DNA of 64,000 nt from the human T2T-CHM13v2.0 reference genome, Homo sapiens. Both the position numbers and the translations under genes were made by a program. Shown here piece after piece: positions 1-14,300 of the stretch. Location of the stretch: assembly GCF_009914755.1 (NCBI RefSeq), contig NC_060947.1. The stretch is one strand, 5' to 3'. A model generated the notes under the pieces. The model was given only the letters and a program-made list of their open reading frames with translations. It made no database searches and was not told the origin of the DNA. Positions within the stretch are counted from its first letter, which is position 1, and each line of letters starts with the position of its first letter.

Positions 1-199
1 TTTAAGTATTCAAGGGAGAAAAAACAAAAGTAACATCTCAATTCAATAAGAAACTGGGTTTACACCAACAGTGATAAAAAAAAAATAGCAACCTTTCCCT
101 GTGGGTTCATTTTTTTTCCTGCACTGACTGAATATGGTAAACTTCACAAAATACATCTATGGATGTATGCAAGTGGACAAGTCTATTGGGAGGAAAGAG

Positions 200-247
<48 letters not shown>

Positions 248-257
248 GAGAGAGAGC
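200..257. repeat. Compound (GT)n(GA)n microsatellite
   Basis: Directly visible: about 12 GT units followed by about 16 GA units with one interruption. Confidence 0.97.
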
Positions 258-1443
258 GATTACATGAGTTTATTGATTGATTTGAAATAAAAGACATATT
301 TTGTTTTTATAATTAAGTATTGAGGAAATAATCATATTCACCTTGCCATAGAGAGTCTAAATGCCTATGTGAATCACCTTCATAAAGTTAATTTCAGGAT
401 TAGCAATAACAGAAGAATAAAAGACCCAAACGGTACCGAAGACTGCTATGGTTATGAACTAAAATATGTTCCCCTTTAAACAGTGAACTAATGCCAAAAC
501 TCAAAACTGTTTGTATTTATATTACATAATGTAAATTAGATTTACATTACATCATTTACATAAATGATTCTATACACAAAACATTCATGAGAAGTTGGAT
601 GAGAGTTTTTCAAATTGACAAGTTTGCACCTAGACTGATAGAATAAATGAATACAGCATTTTACATGCATAAACTGTGGAAAATAATAACTACCTAGCAA
701 GGTAGTCATCAAAGATGTAAAGAGAATCGTAAATATAAAGCACATAGTAGGATCATCAGCTGATAACATAAATGGTCATTGCCTTGTCCTCAAAGGACTA
801 TTCAAATCAGTCCTTAAATCTTTGACATTTCAAGGAATGCATTTCCGAACAATAACTCATCAATTTAGAAAATGTATTCAGTGCAAGGTAAATTTGTTTC
901 TTCTATAAGATTTTAGTCAATAACACAGTAACTCATTTCCATTCCTGAATCCATGCTTTTCAACAAAGTGGATAGAAACAGAGCTGTCCTCTCACCTCCC
1001 TTATCGGTGCCAATTCTGTTCCCTCTACCCAGTTGCCAATTCTCAGATACTTTGAGAATCTGAGTATTCTCTTTCCCCTGGCCTTTACTCTTAGCTGGAT
1101 ATCATTATTTCCCCAAAGATATCAATTGATGATAAATTCTGCTATTTATTTCCTGGAGTCATTTGCATTTCTTTGAAGACTTTGAAAGGCAGAAAAACAT
1201 CTGAGAGCCAAATATATCCATTTTTAATAATGGAAGCAATGTAATTTGCAGGAAGTTTACTGTAACTCCACCCATTTTCATCCCAGTATCAGGACTGGGA
1301 GTAGAATCCTAGATGGGTCAGAGGATTGAAGAATCTATACAGTCTACTCTGAAATTATTTGTGTGAGTCAGTTTCCCCCTACAAAAAGGCTAGCTCTACC
1401 TTTGTGCTAGAAGGGCTAGATTTCACAGTAAGTTGCACTTTCT

Positions 1444-1766
<323 letters not shown>

Positions 1767-2017
1767 TTACCTACATTACTTTTGCAAACCCAGCCAGAAA
1801 AATGAATTAGTAAAGTAAATTTATTTATTTAGATAAGAATAAATCAAACCACAGAACTTTCAAATAGGACTAACAGTAATTTCTAGTAGGCGTGGCTAAA
1901 GAGTTCCTAGTTCCTACTTAAAATTTAGTTGGGAGTAAGGGAATAGGAGGGAATACTGCTTAAATGACAACCACCGGGCATTCATGTAATAATACTTTGA
2001 ACATTATTTATAAAGGA

Positions 2018-2322
2018 CTTGGCATGGGGGCTCACGCCTGTAATCTCAGCACTTTGAAAGGCAGAGGCAGGAGGATCACTTGAAGCCAGGAGTTCAAAAC
2101 CAGCCTGATCAACATAGCAAGGCCCTGTCTCTATGAAAGAAAAATTGTAAAATTAGTCAGGCGTGGTGGCACATGTCTGTAGTCCCAGCTACTTGGGAGG
2201 CTTAGGCAGGAGGATCACTCGGGCAGGAGGATCACTCGAAGCCCAGGAGTTCGAGGATACAGTGATCCATGATCATGTGACTGCATTCCAGCTTGGGCGA
2301 CAGAGTGAGACTATTTCAAAAA
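2018..2322 (+). mobile_element. AluJ-like SINE with internal 17-bp tandem duplication
   Basis: Diverged dimeric Alu with J-type GGAGGATCACTTGAAGCCAGGAGTTC; GGCAGGAGGATCACTCG duplicated at 2205-2221 and 2222-2238. Confidence 0.9.
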
Positions 2323-3389
2323 TCAAGGGGTTTGGATCTGGCCCATTCCACTAATACTGTCAGTCATCTCTCAGATCTCACCTACCTACTTGCCAAGAGA
2401 GGCTATATCTAAATACTGGAATGTTTGATGTTGTTTCCTGAGCAGTATTTCCTTGATATAGGCCAAAACTTATACCTAAAATTGGAAGGGGGCTTGTCGA
2501 AGAAAGCCACAACTCTCTGGTTCTTATTCTTTGAAACATTATGTGACATTGGTAAGTATGCAAACCTTGTATTTCAAGTATCTTTTAGCACCTTTCCTTC
2601 CTTTTTCTGGTTACAACTCGCCTGATTTTAAAAATAATTTTGTATATCTCTTAGCAACAGCTTTAACACCATTTACATCCTGTTTCAGCATAAGAATTCA
2701 ATCTTTTTCCAAATAATCAAATCTTATAAACAGCAACATACTTTAAGAATGTAATAATATAATGGTTTTCAGAGTGAGTTCTTCAGTCCCTTAGGGTTCT
2801 ACAAGGGTGTCTCAGAAGTCATTGCTGCTCAAGTACCCAGCTCTACCTTCATTAAAGCTGCTTCATTTCTATCTTTTTTTTTATAAATTCACGTTCTGAG
2901 GTATTACCAAAAGCTTTCACAGCTGCAAATAATTGCTTGAAAAAATATATCTGTATCTATCTATATATCTCCATCCACATTTTGTGATCCATGTATATTT
3001 TTGATAGATTTTTCCATTTTGATCATTGTTCTATCATATATTAAACATGACATGATACTGTAAAACCCAACTGGGCAGCTTTTCTCCCCTATACCAAGCT
3101 GTCTTTCCCAAGCAATTGGTTAACTTTAGTAGGGCTCATCAATCTAGAGAAATAGTGTATACATTAAAATAATCTCTACATTCTAAAATTAGTTCCTCAA
3201 AACCCATATAACTGTTGACATCGTAATTGTGGGCTATTTGTCAAAAGTTGCGAGATAAGTGACTATTTGTGTCACATTCAACCCCATGTCAGTGTAGACA
3301 CCTGGCCAATGCCTGACCTTTGGTTTAGTTTGCCTGCATTAACCATGTCTGTATGAGGTTTTGATGTCTGATAGATCCAAAAGAAAAAG

Positions 3390-3456
3390 AGACAGCTATC
3401 AATGCCTAAATCTAGACAGCTATCAATGCCTAAATCTAGACAGCTATCAATGCCTA
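3390..3456. repeat. 24-bp minisatellite, 2.8 perfect copies
   Basis: AGACAGCTATCAATGCCTAAATCT at 3390 and 3414, first 19 nt again at 3438. Confidence 0.95.
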
Positions 3457-3557
3457 GTATCTTGGAATACAATGAATCCTTGCGGGACTGAAAACAATAC
3501 TGAAAACACTGCTTTAAGCAGGTTAATAATGATTTACAAATGTTTCACGATATGAAA

Positions 3558-3946
3558 TGTTAGCATGCTCAGACTGTCATAACAAAATACCACAGTCTGG
3601 GTGGCTTAAACAACAGAAATTAATTTTCTCACAGTTTTGGAGTCCAGAAGTCATGATCAAGGTGCCAAGAAAAGTCTGTTCCTGGTGAGAACTTTCTCAC
3701 TGGCTTGTAGACAGCTGCCATCACTGTCCTCACATGACCTCTCCTCTGTGCAGGAGGACAGAGAGCTCTCTCATGTCTTCTCTTCCTTTTATAAAAACAC
3801 CAATCTCATCGAATTCGGGCCCCACCTTTATGACTTTATTTAATCCTAATTACTTCCCAAAGGCCCCATCTCCAAATATCATCACATTAAAGATTAGGGC
3901 TCTAATATATAAATTTGGGGGAGGGCACAAGTCAGTTCACAATAGA
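3558..3946 (-). mobile_element. ERVL-MaLR solo LTR (MLT1A-like)
   Basis: Typical MLT1 reverse-strand text CATAACAAAATACCACAG..GGGTGGCTTAAACAACAGAAATT..TTCTCACAGTT; about 390 bp. Confidence 0.8.
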
Positions 3947-5849
3947 GAGTAATGATACATGAGAATGTCTTCTGGCCTCACATTTTATACTTTTCTGTAG
4001 TCTTCTTTATCATTTGATTGGCCATGGGATTTATTTATTTATTAGGATTAACCAAGTGTGCCATTTATTGCTAATGCCACTCCTGCCTTAAATTTACCAC
4101 TTCACTAACCTTCTTGGACACTGAGTCTGGAGAGACACTTACATCTCCAATGTAAGCAGAATTGGTCCACCCATGAGGGATGATGAAAAGAACACTTAAA
4201 AAGTCCTATTGCTCTCAAAATCTCTCCTTCTGAGGTCTGTCATGATGCTGACCATTTTCTCCTCCTATCTGCCCTAAATTCCTACATCAGAGTTATCCCT
4301 GAGATTCAGGAAGAAAGAAAAGAATGAAATAGAAAATGTAAATAAACTTTCTCCTGAAAGTCATTAGTTAAGGGAATACATACTACCAGGGAAGGGCAAG
4401 GTGAAACCCCACTCTTAGAATTCTACTATTAAAAGACTACCACATGTTAATTTTTCAGATTAGCCAACTGCCACATTAAGACGGTACAGAGTCTTGTCTT
4501 GAGACTATGAGAAACAATTTTGTGACTTTCAAGGGGTTCAGGAAGCATAGTAGGAGAGACACAAAAATAAACTACCTATATCACCATTTTGCCTATAGTA
4601 CATTTTGGATACTTGATGGAAAACTAATTACAGCAACTCAGAGCACTAAACCAAAATAACAACTGGGGCCAGATCAGGTAGCACAAAGTCACCATCTCCA
4701 AAGGTGAATACCTTGCAGATGTTTAATACATGTCTGCTAAATTGAACTGCTGTTAGGCTGGCCCTACCTGCATCCTTAATTTAGATGCTTTACGTTTTGT
4801 TGGTGGGTTATCTGTTATAATCTAACAGTTCATCTGTTAATTAGCTTTTCCACATGCATTACATGTCTCAAAAGTCAGAACGAATGCATATAAAACATAC
4901 CAAAAATTAGGAGCAATTTTTAACAGCAGAGTACAGTTATCCTAGGCACTGCTGCATTCACTTTGTCTTTGAAGGGTGAAGAAGAAAAACAATAAAGTCT
5001 TGTTTTTTCTATAACACCTCTACATTACTGATGGCTTTTCATTACCTCTCACAGATTATTTGTTATAAACACAATTTTAAAACACAGAGTGGTACCAAAT
5101 CAGAGAATCCTTATTTTACCACCCTCTGTCTGAGAAAGGTAGGAGTGTGAAAAACAAAAAAGAAAGAACCTGTCATTCACAGCTTCAAGCAGTTGGAATA
5201 CCTTTGGGACTCAAGGTGACACAGAACAAAACTAACCCACAAAAGACTTTCTTTATGATCCCTCTTGTTCCTCTATTTAAGCCAACAGACAAAGCCCTGC
5301 ATACCAATTCCCTAGCTGCTCACAGTGCCAAAGTAATTTCAACACCAAAAGCCCACTCAGCCCTGGAGAATAAGAAACAGCGCATGCACTCATGGTTGTC
5401 TGATTAAAGTTCAAGTGCTGCATCTCGGAAAGCTTCTGCCCTTTAGAAAGCTTGAAGTCCTTAGGCCATGTATGCCTTTGATTACCTACCCTCCAAAAAG
5501 CCTGAGACTGCCTCTTCTGCTTCATCAAAGGCCAGAGAAAAAGGGTGGGGAATTTTGGTTTTACCACATCACCTCAAACACTGGGAGAACTTGAGAAATG
5601 ACCTTTGCATACCCAGAATATTTTAGTAAAATTCATGTACAGCTTGGTTATTCAGATATTCACAAACATATTAAAATATACAATAAGGCTCTGCCTATGT
5701 AAGTGATGTGCCATTTGCAGTATGAGTAACAAAAACATAACTTCAAAATGGTAGGGTTGTCTGATACTCCCACAACAATTTTTAAAAACTAAGTATTTTT
5801 AGAGATTAGGTATATGGAAAAATTGAATTGATATTACCAAGAGCTTCTA

Positions 5850-7729
5850 AATGCCTTCTCAATCCCTCCTCACCATATACACAATTTCCCCTGTTATTAA
5901 CATCTTGTGTTACTATGGTAATTTGTTACAATTAATGAGCTAATATTGACACACTGTTTTCACTAACATCTATAATTACACTGGGATTTACTCTTTGTGT
6001 TGTACATTCTGTGGGCTTAAACAAATGTGTCGTGACAGGTATCCACCACTGTAGTACCATACAGAATAGTTTCACTTGCCTAAACATAATCCGTTCTCTA
6101 CTTAATCCCTCCCTCCTTCCTCCCAGGTCCCAAGTAACCACTGAGCTTTTTACTGTCTCCATAGTTTTGCTTTTTCCAGAATAGTAGGACTCATAAATTA
6201 TGTGCCTCTTTCAAATTGTCTTCTTTCACCTAACAATATGCATTTAGGGTTGCTGTATGTCTTTTCATCACATAACATTTCATTTCCTGTTAATGCTGAA
6301 TAATATTCATTTTTATGAGTGTGCCACAATTTATCCACTCACTGATTGAAGGACGTTTTGGTTGCTTCCAAGTCTTGGCACTTGTGAATAAAACTGCTAT
6401 AAACATTTGTGTGTTGGTTTTTGTGTACTTAAGTTTTCAATTCACCTGGGTTAATATCAAGTTGTGCAATTGCTGGTTCGTATAGTAAGTGTTTGTTTTA
6501 TTTAAAAATTGCCAAACTATCTTCCAAAATGGCTGTACCATTTTGTGTTCCTACCAGCAATCAATGAGCATTCCTGTTGTTCCACATGCTCGCCAGCATC
6601 TGGTGTTGTCAGTGCTTTGGATTTCAGCTATTCTAATAGGTAGAGGTACATCACTCTTGATTAAATTTACAATTCCCTGATAACGTATGATGTAGAACAT
6701 CTTTTTATATGCTTATTTGCCATCTGTATATTTTCTTTGGCGAGGTGTATGTACAGATCTTTAGCCCATTTTTAATTGGGTTGTTTATTCTGTTATTGTT
6801 GAGTTTTAAGAGGTTTTATATATTTCAAATACCAGTTCTCTATCAGATATGTGTTTAGCAAAGAATCTTCTCCCAATCTGTGCCTTGTCTTTTCATTGTA
6901 TAACGGTGTCTTTGGCAGATAAGTTTTTAATTTTTATGAAGTCCAACATACCAATTTTTTCTTCAATGGATCATGTTTTTGGTGTTATATTTTTTTAAAG
7001 TCATCATTAAACTCAAGGACACCTAGATTTTCTCGTGTTATATTTCAGAAGTTTTAGTTTTCTATTTCACATTTAAATCTATGATCTACTTGAGTTCATT
7101 TTTGTGAAAGGCATTAGGTATGTGTTTAGATTCATAGTGTATTTATTTATGTATTTATTTACTTTTTGCCTGTGCGTGTCTCATTGTTCCAGGACCATTT
7201 GTTGAAAAGACCATATTTTCTCTGTTGACTTGCCTTTGCTTCTTGTCAAAGTTTAGTTGACTATATTTGTGTGGGTCTATTTCTGGGCTCTCTGTTGTCT
7301 CATTAACCTATTTGTCTATTCTTTTACCAATGCAACAGAGTCTTGATTACTGTAGCTGTATAGTAAACCTTACAATTGTATAGTGTGAGTTCTCCATATT
7401 TTCCCTCCTTCAATATTATGTTGACTATTTGGGGTATTTTCCTCCAAATATAATTTTAGAATCAGTTTATCAATACCCACAAAATAATGTGCTGGGATTT
7501 TTTATTGAGGTTGCATTAACACTACAGATCAAGTTGGGAAGACTGACATATTCACAATATTAAGTCTCCTTATCCAAGTATATGACATCTCTCTCCATTT
7601 ATTTAGATCTTTAATTTCCTTCATCAGAATTTTATAGTTTTTCACATATAATTCTTGTGCATATTTTAGTTAGATTTATTACCTAATTATTTTATTTTTG
7701 GTGTTAATGTAAATGGTATTGTGTGTGTT
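5850..7729 (-). mobile_element. Old L1 (L1MC-like), 3'UTR and distal ORF2, left part
   Basis: Decayed antisense L1 3' end (CCATACAGAATAGTTTCAC; GGTTGCTTCCAAGTCTTGGC; GACCATTTGTTGAAAAGAC); continues collinearly at 16213. Confidence 0.8.
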
Positions 7730-8276
7730 TTTAATTTTTAAATGACAATGGTTGCATATATTTATGTGGTACAATGTGAAGTTATGAGATTTGTATCCAT
7801 TGTGAAATTATTAAATCAAACTAAAACATCCATTATATCACATATTTATCACTTCTTTGCAGTGACATTTAAAATATTTAAAATTGACTCTTTTGACAAT
7901 TTTTAAATATACAATATTATTAACTATCGTCACCATGCTTTCAATAGATCACTAAAATATAGTCCTCATTTCTCACTGAAACTTGGTGTCTTATGACCAA
8001 CATCTTCCCATTCCCTGTTCATTCCCCTCTACAGACTTAGGCAACCACCACTCTACTCACTACATCTATGGGTTTGACTTTTTATATCCCATATATAAGT
8101 GAAATCATGTGGTATGTCTTTCAGTGCTTGGCTTATTTCATTAGCATAATATCCTCCAGGTTCATTTATGTTGTCACAAAGGACAGAATTTCCTTATTTT
8201 TAAGGCTGAATAGTATTCCATGTGTATATATACCACATTTTCTATGTTTGTTCATCTGTTGATGGACACTTAGGTC
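7730..8276 (-). mobile_element. L1MA-type 3' end (non-inverted arm of a 5'-inverted insertion)
   Basis: New antisense L1 3'UTR starts after a T-rich tract; ends at GATGGACACTTAGG (ORF2 ..PKCP..). Confidence 0.75.
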
Positions 8277-8314
8277 ATGAACCATCAAGGAAATGCAAAT
8301 TAAAACCACAATGA

Positions 8315-11300
8315 GGAATCTAGAGGGTGGGTCAAAATGGTGGAATAGAAGGCTCCACTGCTTCTGTGTGTACCCTCCCCCCCACACACACACCACTGCA
8401 AGGTCACCAAGTTAACAACTACCTACACAGAAAATACATCTTCATAAGAACCCAAAATCAGGTGAGTACTCATAGTACCTGGTTTTAATTTCATATCACT
8501 GAAATAGGCACTGAAGAGGAAAAAAAAAAGTCCTGAATCACCAACACCACCACTTTCCCACCCCAGGCAGCGGAAGCATGGTGTGAGCTTCTGTGGATGC
8601 TGGGGAAGGGAGAACACAGCAACTGTGAGGCAATGAACTCATTGCTGTCCTGTTACAGCGGAAAGGAAATCCAGACAAACTCAGCTGATGCCCAACCAGG
8701 GTGGGAGCATTTAAACTAGCCCAAACCAGAGGGGAATCACCAATCCCAGCAACTGGAACTTGAGTTCCCGTAAACTTCTCCACCACGGGATACAGCACTC
8801 CATGTCTCCAAGTAAACTTGAAAGACAGTCTAGGTCATAAGAGCCACAACTGTTAGGCAAGTCCTAGTGCTCAATTAGGCCTAGAGACATTGGACTAGGG
8901 AGGTATGGGACATACTGGGACACCAGCTGGTACAGCCAAGAGAGTGCAGGCATCACCCCTCCCCTAAAACCAGGCTGCACATACCATGGCTCTAAAAGAG
9001 ACCCCTTCCTTCCACTTGAGGTGAAGAGAGGGAGGAGTGGGGAGAACTTTGTCTTACACTTAGGAAACCAGCCCAGCCATAGCAGACTAGGTCACAAGTT
9101 AGAGTCATGAGGCCCCCATTCTAGTCCCTAGGTCCCAGATATTTCTAGACACACCTTGGGCCAGAAGGGAACCCACTGCCTTGAAGGAAAGAACCCAGTC
9201 CTGCCAGCATTAAGCACTTGCTAACTAAAGAGACCTTGAGCCCTCAATAACCAGCAGCGATATCCAGGACTGCCTCAAGGGCCTTGGGCGAGTCACTGAG
9301 ACTTTCTGACCTCAGGTAAACTTGGCACATAACAGCTGTGTGGCTATGGGGGCAAAACTCCTCCTGTTTGAGAACAGCAGAGGGAAAAGTGAAGGAGACT
9401 GTGTCTTGCACCTTAGGTTCCAGCAGGGCCACAGGATGGTAGAACACCAAACGGGTTCTTGGGGTTCCAGATTCCAGAATTGTACTCTTGAATGGCATTT
9501 CTGGGCCTGCCTTAGGCCACAGAGGAGCCTATTTCCCTGAAGAGTAAGTCCCAAACCAGGCAGCATTCACAACAAGCTGACTTAAGAGAGCTTCAGCCTT
9601 AAGGAAACATCAGTGGTAGTCTGGCAGCACTCCTTGTGGCCTGGGGTGGTGATGGCTATGGGGTGAGGCTTCTCTGCCTTTGAAAAGAGGAGGGAAAAGT
9701 GGAAAAGGCTGTGTCCTGTGGTTTGAGTGCCAGCTCAGCCACTACACAATAGAACACCAGGTAGACTTCTAAGATTTTTGACTCTAGTCCCTAATTCCCA
9801 CGTGGCACTTATGGATTCACCTGAGGTTTGGGGTACCTCACTGCCCTAAAGGGAAGCATATGGGCCTGACTGTCTTTGCCACTGGCTGATTGCAGAGCCC
9901 CAGGGCTTTCAGCAAACATAGGCAGTAGCTAGGGAGTGGTTACAGCAGGCCTTGGGTGAAGCTCAGCACTCTGGTGGCTTCAGGTCTGACCCAATGGAGT
10001 TATAGTTGTGGTGGCCACAGGGTGCTTCTCTCACTCCACCCTCAGCTTTAGGTGGTTCAGAACAGAGAAACTCTGAATGTTTGGGAGAAAGTAAGAGAAG
10101 GAAACACTGTTTTTGCCTGGTAATCCAGAGAATTCTTCTGGATCCTGTCCAAGACCATTGAAGTGGTACCTCTATAAGCCTTTGAGAAACACGGTGTTAC
10201 TGGGCTTGGGGTGCCCACTAAAGCAGATACAGTTTAGGTCACAACGTTCAAGTCTTTTCAAATATCTGAAAAGCTTTTCCAAGAAGGACAGCTACAAATA
10301 AGCCCAGACAGTGAAGACTACAATAAATACCTAACCATTCAATGCCCAGGCACCAAGGAACATTTACGAGTATTAACATCATGCAGGAAAACATGACCAT
10401 ACCAAATAAACTAAATAAGGCACTAGGGATTGATCTTGGTAAAACAGAGATATGTGACCTTTCAGACAGAGAATTCAAAATAGCTGTGTTGAAGAAACAC
10501 AAAAAAGTAAGATAACACAAAGAAAGAATTCAGAATTCTATCAGATAAATTTAACAAAGAGATTGAAATAATTAAAAAGAATCAAGCATAAATTTTTGAG
10601 CTAAAAATGCAACTGGCATGCTGAAAAATGCATCAGAGTCCTTTAACAGCAGAAATGAACAAGTAGATGAAATAATTGGTGGGCTTGAAGACAGGCTAAT
10701 TGAAAATACACAGTCAGAGGAGACAAAAGAAAAAAGAATAAAAAATAATGAAGCACACCTAAAAGATCTAGAAAATAGCCTCAAAACAGCAAATCAAAGA
10801 GTAATTGGCCTTAAAGAGGATGCAGAGAAAGAGATGGGGTAGAAATCTTATTCAAAGGGTTAGTAACAGAGAACTTCCCAAACCTAGAGAAAGACATCAA
10901 TATCCAAGTACAATAGGCTATAGAACACCAAGCAGATTTAATCCAAAGATTACCTCAAAGCATTTAATAATCAAACTCCCAAAGATCAAAGATAAAGAAA
11001 TGATTCCAAAAGCTACAAGAGGAAAGAAACAAATGGCATACAATGGAGCTCCAATATGTCTTGCAGCAGACTTTCAGTGGAATCCTTACAGGCCAGAATA
11101 GTGGCATAACATTTTTAAGTGCTGAAGAAAACACCTTTTACCATATAATAGTATATCTGGCAAAAATATCCTTCAAACATGAAAGAGAAATAAAGAGTTT
11201 CTGAAACAAAAGCTGAGGAATTTAATCAACACCAGCCCTGTCCTACAAGAAATGCTAAAGGGAGTACTTCAATCAGAAATGAAAGGACATTAATGAGCAA

Positions 11301-14300
11301 GAAATAATCACCTGAAAGTACAAAACTAACTAGTAATAGTAAGTACACAGACTATCATTACACTGTAACTTTGGTGTGTAAACTACTCTTATCCTACATA
11401 GAAAAACTAAACAATAAACCAATACAAAATAATGACTACAACTTTTCAAGACATATTAAAAACAATAAGATATAAACAGAAACAACAAAAAGTTAAAAAC
11501 TAGGGGAGAAAAGTTTAGGTGTAGAGTTTTTATTAGTTTTCTTTTGCTTGTTTGTTCATGCAAATAGTGTTAAAGTTGTTTCAGGTTAAAAAAAATGGGT
11601 TATAAGAGTATTTGAAAGCCTCATGGTAACTCAAGCCAAAAAATTACAATGTATACACAAAAAATAAAAAGCAAAAAAATAATAATATCACCAGAGAAAA
11701 TTGCCTTCACTAGAGAAAAATGGACAGGAAAGAAATAAGGAAGAGAAGACCATAAAACAACCAGAAAACAGACAACAAAATGGAAGGAGTAAGTCTTTAC
11801 TTATCAATAGTAACATTGAATGCAAATGGACTAAACTCTCAAATCAAAAGACATAGACTGGCTAAATGGATCAAAAAACAAGACCAATTGGTCTGTTGCC
11901 TACAAGAAACACATTTCACTTATAAGCACACAAGTAGACTGAAAATCAAGGAGTGGAAAAAAAAATATTCCATACCAATAGAAACCAAAAAATAGCAATA
12001 TTTGCTATACTTATATAAGATAAAATAGATTTCAAGACCAAAACTATAAGAAGAGACAAAGAAGGCCAATATGTAATGACAAAGTGGTCAATTCAGCAAG
12101 AAGATATAACAATTATAAATACATATGCACCCAACACTGGAGCACAGAAATACATGAAGCAAATATTATTTGAGCTAAAGAAAGGGATAGGCACTCATAA
12201 AATAGATTTTATAGACCGAAAATCAGCAAAGAAACATCACACTTATCTGCACTATAGACCAAATGGATCTAATAGATATTTACAGAACATTTCATCCAAC
12301 AGCCTGAGAATATGCATTCTTTTCTTTAGTACATGGATGAGTCTCAAAGACAGACCATATGTTATGTCACAAAATAAGTCTCAAAACATTCAAGAAATTG
12401 AAATAAAATCAAGCATCTTATGTGACCACAATGGCATAAAACTATAAATTAATAATAAGAGGAATTTTAGAAACTACACAAATACATGGAAATGTACACA
12501 AATACATTAAACAATATGCTCCTGAATGACCAGTGAGTCAACGAAAAAATTAAGAAGGAAATTTTTTAAATTATTAAAACAAATGATAGTGGAAATACAA
12601 CATAACATAACGAAACCTATGAGACACAGCAAAAACAGTACTAAGAGGGAAGTTTATAGCTATAAGTGCCTACATCAAAAAAGAAGAAAAACTTCAAATA
12701 AACACTCTAACATTGCATCTTGAAGAACAAGAAATGCAAGAGAAGAGATGAAATAATAAACATCACAGCAGAAATAAATAAAATTGAAATAAAAAATACA
12801 AAAGATCAATTAAGCAAACAGTTGGTTTTTAGAAAAGTTATACAAAATTGACAAACCTTTAGCCAGACTAACAAGAAAAGAAAGAAGGTCCAAATAAATA
12901 AAATAAAAAATAAAAAAGGAGACATTACAATTGTCATTGCAGAAATTCAAAGGATCATTAGTGGTTAATATGAGCAACTATATACCAATAAATTAGAAGA
13001 CAGAGAAGAAATGGACAAATTTCTAATTACAAACAACCTACTAAGATTTCATCAAGAAGAAGTAAAAAACAAACAGACCAATAACAAGCAATGACATCAA
13101 AGTTGTAAAAGCATCCCAGAAAAAAAAAAAAAAGCCCAAGACCTGATAGTTTCACTGCTGAATTCTACCATTTAATGAAGAATTTAATGAAGAACTAATA
13201 CCAGTCCTACTCAAACTATTCCAAAAAATAGAGAAGTGAATACTTCCAAACTCATTATGCAAGGCCAGTATGACCCTGATACCAAAACCAGACAAAGACA
13301 CATCAAAAAAAGAAAACTACAAGTCAATATCTCTGATAAATACTGATGAAAAAAATGCTCAACAAAATACTAGCAAACCAAATTCAACAATATATTAAAA
13401 AGGTCATTCATCATGACCAGATGGAAATTATCCCTGGCATGCAAGGATGGTTCAACATATATATATATATATATCAAGCAATGTGATATATCATATCAAC
13501 ACAATGAAGGATAAAAACTATATGATTATTTCAATTAATGCTGAAAAAGCATTTGATAAAATTCAACATCCTTCATTAAAAAACCCTCAAAAAACTGGAG
13601 ATAGAAGTAACATATTTCAACATAATAAAATCCATATATGACAGACCCACAGCTAGTATCATACTGAATGGGAAAAAAACGAAGTCTTTACTGTAAGATC
13701 TGGAAAACAACAAGGATAACCACTGTTACCACTGTTATTCACCATAGTCCTGGAAGTCCTAGCTAGAGCAATCAGACAAGAGAAAGATATAAAGGGTATT
13801 AAAATTGGAAAAGAATAAGACAAATTATCCTTGCTTGCTGATGATATGATCTTATATTTGGAAAATCCTAAAGACCCAACAAGAAAATTATTACAACTCA
13901 TAAACGAATTCAGTAAAGCTGCAGGATATAAAATCAACATACAAAAATCAGTAGCATTTCTATATGCCAACAGTAAACAATGTGAAAAAGAAATGGAACA
14001 GTAATCACATTTACAATAGCCACCCATAAAATTACAATAAATAATTAGGAATTAATTTAACCAATGAAGTGAAAGATCTCTATAATGAAAACTGTAAAAC
14101 ATTGATGAAGGAAATTTAAGAGAACATCAACAAATGGAAAAATAGTCCATGTACATGGATTGGAAAAATCAATATTGTTAAAATAGCCATAGTACCCAAA
14201 GCAATCTGCAGATTCGATACAATCCCTATCAAAACACCAAAGACATCCTTCAAAGAAATAGAAAAAACCATCTTAAATTTTATATGGAATCACGAAAGAC

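Noticed and set aside
3390-3456. CRISPR-like direct repeats
   Set aside because: Units are head-to-tail with no spacers, no cas genes, and the DNA is primate.
3278-3555. Peptides with 8-aa repeats (LGIDSCLD / DSYQCLNL)
   Set aside because: A by-product of the 24-bp tandem repeat; non-ATG starts and no gene context.
5491-5580. Minus-strand coding exon (TTCTCCCAG| .. AGG|GTAGGT) overlapping ORF 5277-5567
   Set aside because: Stops in all three frames after the acceptor and no recognisable protein; a non-coding exon cannot be excluded.
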